A stretch of DNA of 64,000 nucleotides from Eledone cirrhosa (taxonomy: Eukaryota), in contig OZ024740.1 of NCBI GenBank assembly GCA_964016885.1, positions 383,098,001 through 383,162,000 on the forward strand. The letters are read 5' to 3'. Positions within the stretch are counted from its first letter, which is position 1; every line of letters starts with the position of its first letter. Below, one piece after another: positions 12,437 through 30,242 of the stretch. The position numbers and the translations under genes are program-made. Under the pieces are notes generated by a model that was not told the DNA's origin, ran no database searches, and was given only the letters and a program-made list of their open reading frames with translations.

Positions 12437-15400
12437 ATGGCACTGGAACAAGACAACACAACTTCAAACTCCAATATAAATGAGGAAATCCTGAAAATCC
12501 TAAAAGAGATAAATGGAAAACTCACTATTCTGACAATAAACAGGATATACCCCAAACTACCACACCGACTGACAACCAAATTTTTTTAAACGTTCAAAAC
12601 GTATGCAACTCCATCGAAAAACTTATGAATACCAAAACAGAACAGAAAACATTGTTCCATATCAAAAACCAAATGGGACACCTCTGGAAAAAACAACTAA
12701 AAACCAGAAAATTCACTTTCTGGAATATGATAAAAAACCTCAACAAAGCTGGAATTTACCAGAAATGGATTAACTCAACACCGATAGTTTCACCACGTAA
12801 ATTCCAAATAAACCATATTACAACCAAACCTGAACCAGAAAGAAAACTCCGTGAACAAATGTCACTCAACAGGATAAACATGGAAATAGAACTCCTAAAA
12901 TTAAGGGCCACCTCCAACGAGCAAGAGTATAAGGATACTGATAAAAATGGAGGAAGAATGCACTAAAAAGGCAGAGGGAACAACCCTACAAAATTTAATC
13001 AAATCGTCGTACAGGACTGCGAGAATGCAGAAATTATTTCCCTTAAACGGTGGGAAAAATCCGAAAACTGGTTCCTCAAATATGAAGAAGACTTTAAAAG
13101 GACGCACCAAACCGGTAACCCCTTTATAAAGCATTTGAACATAACAAGAACTACAACAGACACATTTACACCACCAAACCCAACACACACTAACCACAGG
13201 CACATCCCCCACCAACACAAACCAAATACGGCCAACTACACCAAAAGAAACACACCCAACCACCACAACACAGGTTTCCGTAGAAATACCCCCTACATAA
13301 ACCAACGACGAAATAACATAGATCCAACTCACAACACACACACCACATTCCTCAGAAGAAATCCACCCAGACCACTTGAAATCACAACAGAACTTACCAG
13401 ACATCACCCTCAATCCAACAAAAGACAACCCCCCCAACCTCAACACTCTGTACCACAGAAATAACGCACCCAGACCACATGAACCAACAACAGAACCCTT
13501 GCTCATTAACAACCACAACACATACCACCCCCACCATCACATTCACCCTCATGAAACAACAAGCTACAGACCCACACGCAACAGGCCAACAAAATATAAT
13601 CACACACAAAACTACATTCCTTTTTTAGGGAAAAGCCTGAAATACCAGGATACTCGATGCCCCCCCCCCCCTCAGGAGAAACTAAAAATAATCAACCTCT
13701 CAAAGACACCTCTAACCAACGCACAAATCAACATTTTAAGTAAGGGCCTGAAATTTACACCTACACCACGTAGACCAAACTTCCCCGAAATGAAGGATGA
13801 CATCATAGAATACTGCCGAAAGCTGCGACTAACGCCAACACTGAAGACGAATCACTGGTTAGAAATAAAAGCAATTTCTGCCCACAAAAGGGAAGAAATA
13901 AAGCACTGGACACGTACTGCGAACACATCACCAACTTTCCCTATGAAAAAATTACAAATAAACACACGAAATCAAACCTGTCTACACACGAATGGGAAGA
14001 ATTATTCACACTTAGAAACAACCCTGAGATAACGATCAAAGAAGCCGATAAAGGCAGTACTGTTGTCATTATGAATACGGACTACTATAGGACCCTCGCA
14101 CTTAACATTTTAGAAAACAACACATACTATGAAAAAACAGAAAACCACAAACACACCAAAACAATGGGGAACCTTTTGACCTTACTGAATAAATACCGCA
14201 ACAGCTTAACCACAAAAGAGTTTAACTATATAAGCCACTTCAAATGAAATACAAGCTCCTTTTACGGCTTACCGAAACTCCACAAATGTAAACCCATAAA
14301 CGATGCATGTGACACCTCAACCAACAATTACATTGAACTAACACCACCAGAAGACCTAAAACTCAGGCCAATTATAGCAGGCCCTACATGTGAAACCCAC
14401 AGACTTAGCAACTTTCTGGACATCCTACTGTAACCCTTTCTACAACATATACAGAGCTACATACGAGATGACCTTGACATGCTCAAACACCTCCCTAAAA
14501 CAGTAAGTGCAAATACAATTCTTGTCTCCTTTGACGTAATAAACCTCTACACAAACATACCCCACAACTATGGAATAACAGCAGTCCAATACTGGCTTAA
14601 CACACATACCTATCAGAAATACCGACACGCATCAACAAAGATTTTATCACTGACGGACTCCGCTTTATCCTACAAAATAACTACTTCACATTCAATGGTT
14701 CAACATACAGACAAGTATCAGGTACTGCAATGGGCACGAAAGTAGCACCCACATATACCAACCTAGTCATGGGATTCCATGAACAACAAATATACAGTCA
14801 GTCCCTTCTCTTCTTTGGAGACTCTTTCCACACACACCTCAAAGCCAATTGGAAAAGATATCTAGACGACTGCTTTATCCTATGGCAAGAAGACATGAAC
14901 TCACTTACTATGTTTAAAAACATGATAAACAACATAGATAATAACATACAATTCACAATGGAATCCAATCCCAAGGAATTAGCCTTCTTGGATATTCTCA
15001 TCTTTGTAATAGACGGGAAATTAGATACAGATATATTCTATAAACCCACAGATTCCAAGCAATACCTCTTTTTCACATCGAGTCACCCAAAACATACAAA
15101 ACTTAACATTCCTTACAATTTGGCCAAACGTATATGTACCATAGTATCAGATCCACCTAAACGGGAGCAAAGACTAAAGGAACTAAAAGACACCCTTATC
15201 TTAAGAGCTTTTCCACTTGAAATAATCAACAATGGAATAGACAGGGCAAAACACCTAAATCCCCATCAACTTAACAATCCAAAACAGAAAACCACAGTCA
15301 ACACCCTGCCATATGTATCCACTTTCAACCCCAGAAATACCGAAATGTTTGATCACCTACACAAAAACCTCCCCATCCTACTTAAAGATGTAAAAATGAA

Positions 15401-15920
15401 GTCTATTCTTGAAACACACAAGATCCTTAAAAGTAAAAGACAACCCAAATCACTAAAACGCATTCTCACTGGACCAAATATACCCAAACCAATCCTCAAC
15501 CCTACAGTTACCAAATGTGGTAGAACAAACTGTCGGACGTGCCTCTACCTCACTGAAGGACAAAAATTTACATTTAAAGATGGCCAAACATTTACAGTAA
15601 AAAACAATTTCACCTGCAACTCGGAGAACTTGATTTACGCAATAACTTGCGGAGGGTGCAATCACAACTACATAGGACAGACGGGCTCCTCATTACGCAA
15701 AAGAATGACCATCCACCGCCAACAAATCAGGGACGCTAACACAAGAAAAATCCCCTTGAGCAGCCATATTGCGAACTGCGCAGGAATGACACTACCCAAC
15801 TTTAAAATCTTCCCCTTCTACGAGTGCTCAGATTCGTTCACACAGCAACAAAGAATAAACAAAGAAAATCTATTCCTTAACAAATTTAAACCAAAACTAA
15901 ACGGGTTATCACCCCAATAG
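12437..15920 (+). pseudogene. PLE polyprotein (N-terminal region, RT, GIY-YIG) with several stops and frameshifts
   Basis: ATG at 12437; LSKGLKFTPTP, IKEADKG, FYGLPKLHK, LRPIIAG, FDVINLYTNIP, GTAMGT, RYLDDCF, AFLDI, NLIYAITC..YIGQT. Confidence 0.93.
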
Positions 15921-16566
15921 AATTGTCATAAAATATACACACACATACGCACGGAATCACTACTATTAAAGACCAGAGACCAATTCTGTAGAATCAGGTT
16001 TATTCGTTGACAGACCATGCCTTTGTGTGACCAACACATCCATGTTAAACCCTGCACGTGCACACACATATATCTATATATATATGCGCACATAGAATTC
16101 ACCACTGTCGGTTGCGGGGCCCAATCTACATGAAGAACTCAATGTGATCAGAATGACTTGTATTTTAATTTCACTGTTCTAACTTCTTATATTATGGAAA
16201 AATGTATGTGTATGTATGTATATATATATATATTTGGAGGCCATTTCTCTATGTGTGTGGGTGTATGTATGTGTATGTGTGTGTGTGTATGTGTGTGCAT
16301 GTGGATGTATGTGTATGTATGTGTGTGTATGTATGTGTATCTGGATGTATGTGTACATATATATATGTGTGTGTGTGTGTATATATATGTGTGTGCATGT
16401 GTATATATGTGTGTGTGTATGTATGTGTGTGTGTGTGTATGTGTATCTGGATGTATGTGTATGTATATATATGTGTGTGTATATATATATATGTGTGTAT
16501 GTGTATATATGTCTGTGTGTGGATGTATTTGTGTATGTATATGTATGTGTGTGTGTATGTATGTGG

Positions 16567-16664
<98 letters not shown>

Positions 16665-17013
16665 ATGTATATGTATGTGTGTGTGGATGAGGGTATGTGT
16701 ATATATAGGTGTAAGTGCAATAAAACCCTTTCTGTCACTCTCCCCTCTCCTACCGACCACATGGAGATATATGTATGAATATTGCTTCCACCCCCTCACT
16801 GACCAGCAGCTGGCAACCTGGCCATTGCTAAATCTGACCTTAAAAAAACCACTCCCCACAAATAATTCCTCATTCACTACCAGAAAGGGACACACAGCAG
16901 TCAACTTGCTGCTACCAAGATGAAAACTACTATGGAATCCCACACTGAATTTTATACTTCAATTTTCAAATCTCAAATTTTAACTCTTCTTATTAATTTT
17001 TCTTAATATTAAT

Positions 17014-17063
17014 CAACATTTGAAAAGATGGCTTTTGCAGACCCATCGAAACCGGTCATTTTT
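17014..17063 (+). ncRNA. Variant hammerhead motif (U3-A8) in downstream pseudo-LTR
   Basis: aacat-TTGAAAA-gatgg...ccatc-GAAAC-cg-GTC-atttt. Confidence 0.55.
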
Positions 17064-17199
17064 TATACCCTTTATTCTTTCCTTACCTTATAAAATTATA
17101 TATTTTTCACAAAAAAGTATTCTGTCTCTTATATATTCCATGTGCCATTACCAACCTCAATTTTCTCTATAACCTTCGTTTTGTGTAGAAACTTACACT

Positions 17200-17684
<485 letters not shown>

Positions 17685-17890
17685 AAACGGAAAAAATGAA
17701 ACGAAATTTCATTTCCCACTCTTAGTACGGCTGTTACTTAAATATAAGTATGTACACGTACATACATATATGTATACGGACGTACAGTAGTATGTACATA
17801 TATATACATAGATGCACACATATATATATGTATGCATGGATTCATGGAACATTTATTATAATGCTCGGTGTGTTTGTAAACAAACATCCC
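17685..17890. repeat. Interspersed repeat shared with 29325-29680
   Basis: 17745-17885 matches 29325-29470; 17685-17750 is the reverse complement of 29615-29680. Confidence 0.75.
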
Positions 17891-17899
17891 GTATCAAGT

Positions 17900-18622
17900 C
17901 TGGGGCTGTAATACAGGAAAGTTTTGTGCAATTTATGTTTACAAGCCGAAATTTCCTCAGATTTTTTATTTAAGATGTGGTCTGTAGCGTAGAGTATTTC
18001 CAGGGGCGCAGAGGTCACATGGTCTTTTATTTCCGTTATACGATCTAGCCCTAGCTAGGATCTCCCAGTGTAACTTATATTGGGTGTGGTTGTCTTTTAG
18101 ACTCTAGATATAAGCTGAAAGTGACGTCATATTCCTTCTTAGAGGGTAACGAAAAGAATGGGTGTGCATGTAAAGACGCTGCTTGAAACTATTGGCGGTT
18201 AACCCTATGTAGGCCCTACGGGACGTGGGTGTTACAACCTTACATTTGTAGACAATGTTACTAGAGAGGCATTTCCCGGATAGGGGGCAATCAGCCCGAT
18301 TCCTACAATTACATTTCTCTATGCACCACCTAAGAGAACATTAGTCTACGACCTCTTTTATACCATAAACGTGGTTTTGTCTTTGCGCGTAATTGTTTTT
18401 CACCGCTCCTATTAATGACGTATTATTCGTTTTTTCCCGTTCTTTGCCAGCGAACGTTACCACGAACCAAAGTATCGTCTTCCTGTCTTCCTCCGGTTGC
18501 GACGTTTTTTGAAATATCCAGTTCTGCGTTTACAGATTGACTTTGTTAGTTTCAGAAGATCCCGTTAAGGGTGAAAGCAGCGATTCTTTGCTTAAACTTT
18601 AATCTGTTATTTTAATAAATAT
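17900..18622 (-). mobile_element. PLE GIY-YIG fragment plus terminal-repeat piece; same family as 45754-46530
   Basis: Minus strand CNCRNRADCPLSGKCLSSNIVYKC...YIGLTANSFKQRLYMH...WEILARA...CDLC...LNKKSEEISACKH; 18455-18610 matches 46380-46530. Confidence 0.85.
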
Positions 18623-18704
18623 TTGCTCTACGGTTCTTATATATTTGATATATATTTTCCTTATCGAGCCCTCTTTGGATTTTAGTCTTCAATTTTATTA
18701 TTAT

Positions 18705-18785
<81 letters not shown>

Positions 18786-18856
18786 CATATATATATATAT
18801 AGTAATAATAATAAAATTAATCTGTTATTTTAATAAATATATATATATATATATAT

Positions 18857-18901
<45 letters not shown>

Positions 18902-18930
18902 AACAAAAGATGGTTAAGAGAGTTCCATGT

Positions 18931-18999
18931 ATTTTATTATGTGCATTTCAAAAAAAAATATCATCATGCAATAATATTTGTGTTTTCATCAGATAAAAC
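18931..18999 (-). ncRNA. Minimal type I hammerhead motif
   Basis: ttttat-CTGATGA-long stem II-GAAA-tgcaca-TA-ataaaa. Confidence 0.7.
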
Positions 19000-19345
19000 A
19001 GGAAGACACACTTGTGGATAGTGCAGTTTTAAATCAACATATGAAAATTAGTTTTAGATTGATGTGTGATATTGGGAAAAATATTTTATTCTGAGGGGTT
19101 GGGGGTTGGAAAGGATGAAAAAGAGGAGAAGATGAGAGTAAAAAGTGGAGCGGGAGGAGTATAATGAGGAAGGATGAGATAGGGGGAGAGATGGGTGATA
19201 GAGAGAGAGAGATAGCTTTTATAACTGAGAAAAATATATTGTTTTACATAGAGAGGTTGAAAACCGCTGGAAGATAATGTATAAATTAAAAGAATTTGAA
19301 AATTAACGAAGAGAAAAATAATGTAAAGTTAAGGTTTGTATATTG

Positions 19346-19512
19346 AAGGGTTTAATAATATGTGCGATGAAACGAAATGTTAATATGTATTAAGAATAAT
19401 ATTTAAGGGTTTAATAATATGTGCGGTGGAAAGAAAAAGTTAATATGTATTAAGAATAATATTTAAGGGTTTAATAATATGTGCGATGGAAAGAAAATGT
19501 TGATATGTATTA
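19346..19512. repeat. 60-bp tandem repeat, ~2.8 copies, in PLE 3' UTR
   Basis: aagggtttaataatatgtgcg recurs at 60-bp spacing. Confidence 0.9.
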
Positions 19513-20812
19513 TTAAAGTAAGGATATATTGTGAGATGAGCATGAATAAGTTAGATGAAAGGGAGAAAAAATAATGAATTGAGGATGAATAATCTAACGT
19601 CAAAAAAATGTTTATGTTTACAAATGATTTTTACAAGGAGATATAGAGCAAGAATGTATTTTATTATGTAATAATTGTTTCTATGTTAGGCAACAGTGAG
19701 AAAAAGGCACAGATTAGTCGTTAGACATTAAAAGAAAAAGAGAAGAAAGGGAAGTGATTAATAGGGGTGATATAGAATGAGTAACAAGTGTTATATAATG
19801 TGTAATAAATAACTTTGAAATAAGGTAGAAAGATGGGTATATTTTTAAAGAAGTATATATATATATATGTGCCTTTGAGAAAAAGATTCTAAATTGATAA
19901 AGTTTTGGATATTAGCTGTATACTTTGTGGAATGTTTTGTGGAATTTATGCAAGCAGATAGAAAACAAGTCAGTGCGTCTATTTATTATAGAATCTAAAT
20001 TAGATATAATGGTAAATTTTTCATTTAGACAGAGATTGCAATTCTTGGATAGAGAACTGTTCAAGTATGGAGACGCAGAAGAAACCTTTCTCCAAAAGAT
20101 GCTATATTTAATATGTTTGTCTTTCAAGGACCTTATGAGTTCTGAGAGAGCCGTGTTGGTTCTTTTAAGTGTGTATTTACAAGACGAATGGTGGTTATAA
20201 AGACGAGCTTTAAAGGAGGTGGAAGTGGAGCCAAAATAAGTGAAGGAATTGGTGTCAGTTATAACTTTACATTCGTAAATTAAGATTTTATCAAGACAAT
20301 GGTTGTTGAGAGGACATTTATCTTTAACAGGGCAATTGCAATTGCGATTAGAGAGATTATTAACGAGTGACCTAGTGTTATCTATAGAAGGAATTGGATT
20401 GGAGAAGTTATTTGCGGTAGGAATAATAGTTTCTTCATTTAGAATGGGATTAAGAACATTTAGCGAAGTTGTGTTTGACGTTGTATTTGGGTTTGCAGAA
20501 ATTAGCCTAGGGTTTACAATGACGTCGGGAGTACTATTACTATTATTATGATCTTCAGTGTTGGAAGGAAGAGATTTAGTATTTAGTATTTTATTGTTGT
20601 GTTTAGAGATAATGTTGGAAATGTTGGAGGATGTTGAATAGGAAATTTTATAGTGTGTTTGTAAAATATTTTACTATAGATATGTGAGGGAGGGAAGCAT
20701 TTATTTAAGGCACTAAAGAATAATTTAGGAATATTATTATTAATAGAGATGGAAAAAGGAGCATTATACCAGATTATGTTTTTGTATCTAGGTCAATATA
20801 TATATATATATA

Positions 20813-20899
20813 TTGGTAAACGGAATAGAAAATGCTGACAAATTGTTCACGGTGAAAAATAGTTTAATTAGGAATAAGTGATAATTAGTGATAGTATTG

Positions 20900-20938
<39 letters not shown>

Positions 20939-21000
20939 CTAATTAAACTATTTTTCACTGGGAAAAATTTGTCAGCATTTTCTTTTCCTCTTTACTAATA
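20813..21000. repeat. ~60-bp inverted repeat around a (TA)n tract
   Basis: gaaaatgctgacaaatt...tgaaaaatagtttaattaggaa is mirrored at 20935-20998. Confidence 0.8.
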
Positions 21001-21029
21001 TATAAAATCTCGTGTGTCACAACTATATA

Positions 21030-21090
<61 letters not shown>

Positions 21091-21133
21091 TATATAATAT
21101 ATAAGAACAAAAGATGGTTAAAGGAGTTCCCTG

Positions 21134-21203
21134 TATTTTATTATGCGCATTTCAAAAGCAAACATCATCATGCAATAATATTTGTGTTTTCATCAGATAA
21201 AAC
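21134..21203 (-). ncRNA. Minimal type I hammerhead motif, left arm
   Basis: ttttat-CTGATGA-stem II caaatattat/atgatgtttg-GAAA-tgcgca (palindrome)-TA-ataaaa. Confidence 0.75.
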
Positions 21204-21339
21204 AGGAGGACATGATATGAAGGCCAAAAAACAATTGTGGATAGTGCAGTTTTAAATCAACATATGAACTACTTCTCATATGTTGATTTAAAACTGCACT
21301 ATCCACAAGTGTTTTTTGACCTTCATATCATGTCCTCCT

Positions 21340-21409
21340 GTTTTATCTGATGAAAACACAAATATTATTGCATGATGATGCTTGTTTTTGAAATGCGCAT
21401 AATAAAATA
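21340..21409 (+). ncRNA. Minimal type I hammerhead motif, right arm
   Basis: ttttat-CTGATGA-aaacacaaatattattgcatgatgatgcttgttttt-GAAA-tgcgca-TA-ataaaa. Confidence 0.75.
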
Positions 21410-21729
21410 CATGGAACTCCTTTAACCATCTTTTGTTCTTATATATTATGTATACTCCAGTCCTACAAACTCTAGAGTGCTTCTTATCCGATATCTGCTT
21501 TGCTTTATTGTACTACAATAAAACTCACCTCCTACATATACAGATATATATATATATATAAATATACATATTATATATATATATAATATATATATATTGG
21601 GAGCTCTCTTCCCACCCACTTTTCGCCTGAAGAAGGACTTCAACCCGAAATGCCCCCCTCTCAAGAGCGTGAAACTAATACAAATTTGTTCGTACTGCCT
21701 CTCTGCTTTGTCCCCGTTCCATTTTTCAC

Positions 21730-21787
<58 letters not shown>

Positions 21788-22009
21788 TATTGTCTTTAAA
21801 AGAGAAGGACCTGGAATACTCCATTCTTTGGACAAAACTTCGGAACTGTGGAATCTACTGCAACTCTATTATATCAAATAACTGCCCGCTCTGTACAATG
21901 GAGACCTTGTTGATTATTAATAAATTATGAGACCTTAATTAACAAAAAAAGTGAATTATTCTCTAATTGCCTCCATAAAGCTATGTCCACTTTTTTAGCC
22001 TCACATAAA

Positions 22010-22598
22010 ATGAAAAAGAAAGAACCAATAACAACTCGGTTACCAGGAATATATAATCAACAGTTAAAAACATCAATGGCCTTTAATATTGCTTTATTTT
22101 ATGGATATCTATAGAAAAAAACAACGTTAGAATGAGTGAGAATATTTCAATTAGCACGCCTAAACATTGATACACACAACTTTATTTGTTAACTTTGATC
22201 AATACCATCATTTATCTGTAATTTAGTACCATACCTAATCCTTACATATCTATTGAATTTATTTAACTGTGAATGTTTAATACATTTGTAATCTAAAACA
22301 TTTGTAATCTAAAATGAGAAAGAAAGAACCAATAACAACTCGGTTACCAGGAATATATAATCAACAGTAAAAAACATCAATAGCCTTTAATATTGCTTTA
22401 CTTTATGGATATCCATGGAAAAAAACAACGTTAGAATGAATGACAATATTTCAATTAGCATGCCTAAACATTGATACACACAACTTTATTTGTTAACTTT
22501 GATCAACACCATCATTTATCTATAATTTAGTACAATACCTAATCCTTACATATCTATTGAATTTATTTAACTGTGAATTTTTAATACATTTGTAATCT
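22010..22598. repeat. ~303-bp tandem duplication
   Basis: aagaaagaaccaataacaactcggttaccagg occurs at ~22016 and ~22319 with colinear downstream sequence. Confidence 0.9.
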
Positions 22599-23247
22599 CT
22601 TTTATACTAGAGTTTTAATACCCAACAATCCAAACATGTTTACGAAACTTTTCTATAACTCCAAATGTTTAATGACTTTTTGATGTATTATTTATAGTAT
22701 AATATAGCATATATTTCTTTTAAATATACTTACTGCACTATAATATCTAAATTTGAGACGGATTCAAACTTATATATAAATGTGAATTCCTTCGCTGTAC
22801 TTTCGATCTCTTATTTGTTTATTTATAATATAATATGTTATAATATATGTAGTTATATATTGTATTTTATATATTTTGAAATATTTATAAATATACCTAC
22901 CATACATCTATATACATGATTCAAATATAGAGAAAATATCCAAACTAAAAATTATTATAAACATTATTTTGAAATTTATACATGCACTCATTGTTCGTTT
23001 TTCTTATATGTATATATATATATTTAAATGTAACACGTTGTTAAGGGTATAATTGTTATCATTTACCTCAAGTATACTACATTAATAATACCTAATATAT
23101 ATCTATATATATACATCGCTATATCTAATAATACGTTGATATCTTGGTTGAAGAATAATTATACATATATATATAAATTTTATCCGTAACATATTATTTT
23201 ATTTTTACCTTATACATTCTGACTCATTAATATATACCTATATATAA

Positions 23248-23345
23248 TGTTAACTTTGCCTTTCATCCTTACGGGGTCGATAAAATAAAGTACCAGTAAT
23301 GCACTGGGTAATTGTTGGCCTTGTGCCAAAAGTAGAAACAATTAA
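23248..23345 (+). mobile_element. SINE 3' fragment
   Basis: gttaactttgcctttcatccttacggggtcgataaaataaagtaccagt..ggccttgtgccaaaagtagaaac. Confidence 0.85.
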
Positions 23346-23942
23346 TATATACCTATATACATAATAGTTTATTCAAATATTTCTAACAATAAGTACTTCA
23401 AAAGCTTTACATACCTAATATGTTGAGATATTTGTTAAAGTTTAGATTTAGGTAATTAATCAACAGTATAATATTTCATTCTTTACGTGCCAGTTAAATC
23501 CTTTAAAATGTTATTCTCACAATTCAGAAGTTTAGAAATGATAACACACTTATCGAATTTATATAAATAATATATAAATAAATAGCAAATAATCCTGAAA
23601 TCTGGAGTTTTCACATTAATATTATAAATTAAATATTTCCAAATTCTAACCCTTTAACTTTCGAAAGAAAAACCCACACTTTATCTTTCCCTCCTTATAA
23701 ATCTTTTTCCAGTGGCTATCACTGGCTGTTATGATTCATGAGACGTTTCCCTAGTATCATACAATTTAAAATTTTAAACACTTTAAGAATGCAACATTTT
23801 TTCTCTCTCACACATTCTCTAATGAATTCATTACGTTTTCGCACTCTCACACAGATATTATATAAGCAAAATCTTCTATCGGGTAATCACTACCCTGATT
23901 AAGTCTTAACCATTTAACATCTCAGGGTATGTCATGTATCAT

Positions 23943-24002
23943 TATATCTTGTCTGATGAGGACGTACTATTGTACATCCGAAATATGTATAATAAAATAT
24001 AA
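23943..24002 (+). ncRNA. Minimal type I hammerhead motif
   Basis: tatcttgt-CTGATGA-ggacgtac tatt gtacatcc-GAAA-tatgta-TA-ataaaata. Confidence 0.75.
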
Positions 24003-24148
24003 TTTATCAAAAGAACATCTATGTTATTAATACTTATATTTTAATATTAATAACTCCTGAAAATTATTTTTTCACTGTTGAGTGCTTCCAATCTACTGTA
24101 AAACTCATTCTTTGACATAATCATCGAATATTGTTTAACAACTTAATA

Positions 24149-28254
<4,106 letters not shown>

Positions 28255-29289
28255 ACATATATGTGTGTGTGTATATATATATATATATATGCTTGTGTGT
28301 TTGCATTTATATACATGTAAGTTTGCATGCATGAATCCACTATGCTTTAGATTTAGTAGAATGTACAGCCACTGATTCCAGCTATTTGCTCTATCATATA
28401 GTTTGGTTTCTATTAATTACCTAGGAAATTGGTTGACCAAATGCTTTGCTGAATTGTTTTATTTATCTAAAAACAAATGTATTCTTTCGCTTAAAATTGA
28501 GGTATTTTTTGAAAGCTAAGCAATGGCCCGTAAAATACTACAGTGGCCTTGTAATGCTACCGTGTACCCTTTGGTGCCCCCTTCCTATTATATATTTGAT
28601 TTGTTTGTTAAAATAATCAAATTAAATTAATTCAAATGTTAAACACACACAGGAATAATAACATTGTTACCAAAGAGCCAGAAAATTGACAAGTTGACCT
28701 TAATTATGACTATTAGCTCTACATCTTTTTAACTTTGATTTTGAAAGTAGGTTTATAATTATTAATTTTCATTGAAGTTTTATAGCTGTCTCGGCAGCCC
28801 AGTTGGAGGAATCGAAGTCGATGGTGATCCGGGTCTGAAGTTCGATCCTGGTCGGGAGTGTGGTTCCCGGTAAACCGTTTCAATTTTTTTCTATGAGATG
28901 TAAAATAAAAACTTACAATGATTACATGTACCTCTTGACCAGGATCGAAACCAATGTCAGGATCTCCACCCTCTCTAGTACCTGCGACAACTCCACTGAG
29001 ACAACTACGAAAATCTTATTAAAATTCATACTTATAAACCTACTTACAACATTTTCAAAACAAAATATATGGTGTCGTTCATGTGATTCTTAATGTTATT
29101 GCTCCTACTTAAGCTCGACTTCTAAATCATTTGGGTTTTACATAAGCTACAGCCTCGCTTTGTTTCTCATATATCTAGACTATATTGTAACCTGTAATCC
29201 ATATTTCATTTATGTTGCACCTCATTGCCCTCTCTCTCTCTCTTTCTCTCTGTGATATTTGAATCTACTATGAGTTTGGCTTACTTTAT

Positions 29290-29324
<35 letters not shown>

Positions 29325-29328
<4 letters not shown>

Positions 29329-29680
29329 TATGTATGTATACGTACATACATATATGTATACAGACGTACAGTAGCATGTATATATATACATACAGGCACA
29401 CATGTATATATGCACGTATCAGTTTACCGAACATTTATTATAATGTTCGGTTTATTTGTTTGTAAACAAACAAACAGCCTGAATTACGCCGTACAGTGTT
29501 TAGGCAACCACGTCACCTTTTTGTTCAACACTGACACAGGAACGTGCCTGTATGTATATATATACATGCTACTGTACGTCTGTATACATATATGTATGTA
29601 CGTATACATACATACTTACATTTGAGTAAGTGCCGTACTAGGAGTGAGAAATGAAATTTCGTTTCATTCTATTCCATTTA
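29325..29680. repeat. Fold-back repeat with ~74-bp arms between (TA)n tracts
   Basis: 29325-29398 is the reverse complement of 29544-29618. Confidence 0.85.
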
Positions 29681-29696
29681 TATATATATATATATA

Positions 29697-29928
29697 TATA
29701 AAGAAAAAAAGATGAAATCGAAAATGCAACTGAAGTCTTATTTTTTAAAATATATATATATTTATTTGGATCCAAATATATATATTTATTTGGTTCCAAA
29801 TAAATATATATATTTTTTTAAATAAGACTCCAGTTGCATTTTCGACTTCATCTTTTTTTCTTTATACTTTCACTCGTGTAGTACACCTCGGTTATTTTTC
29901 ATTTTGTAAAAAAACCTCACTTTCTAAT
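29697..29928. repeat. Fold-back of a terminal-repeat family also at 40355-40536 (-) and 46535-46750 (+)
   Basis: aaagatgaaatcgaaaatgcaactg is mirrored by cagttgcattttcgacttcatcttt. Confidence 0.85.
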
Positions 29929-29970
<42 letters not shown>

Positions 29971-30242
29971 CATGTTAGATTAAAACTTACAATGATTGGC
30001 ATTATATATATATATATATATATATATAGTAACATTTATATTTATATTTATATATGTTTGATATAACTATAAATATGTAGGGTAGTACTAAGTACTAGCC
30101 GGTTACCGGTATGACAAAAGGCTCAATGCAAGTATGCAAGTATTCAAGTGTATTACAGAGCCGAGATGCAAAGTGTTAAAATGATCACATTTTAAAATGT
30201 GATCGTTTTAACACTTTGAACGTGTATATATATATATATATA

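Larger units (their letters stand above)
18897..20792 (-). mobile_element. 5'-truncated PLE (end of RT, GIY-YIG, ~1 kb 3' UTR, HHR); parent family of the fold-backs
   Basis: CNCPVKDKCPL..HCLDKILIYEC..YFGST..FKARLYNH..CNLCLNEK..RTDLFSICLH; its 3' end matches the 21095, 30243, 38161 and 39367 repeats. Confidence 0.88.
21095..21536. mobile_element. ORF-less PLE terminal-repeat fold-back with ~170-bp arms
   Basis: Arms 21095-21267 and 21276-21448; the right arm continues to the element 3' end (..ctcacctcctaca). Confidence 0.9.
21790..24153 (+). mobile_element. PLE 3' fragment with very long 3' UTR, internal duplication and nested SINE piece
   Basis: LKEKDLEYSILWTKL..CPLCTME..LINKKSELFSNCLH at 21793-21985; HHR near the end; continuity of the UTR is inferred. 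Confidence 0.65.

Noticed and set aside
12901-13609. Antisense ORFs over retroelement ORFs (also 6557-6844, 57405-57842, 59729-60736)
   Set aside because: Shadows of coding or compositionally biased sequence with no recognisable motifs
14244-14250. In-frame TGA in the PLE RT as possible selenocysteine (known in Naiad PLEs)
   Set aside because: The same copy has a TAA stop and frameshifts, the endonuclease is C-terminal rather than N-terminal, and I saw no SECIS
19346-19512. CRISPR-like array
   Set aside because: Whole 60-bp units repeat with no unique spacers; eukaryotic context with no cas genes
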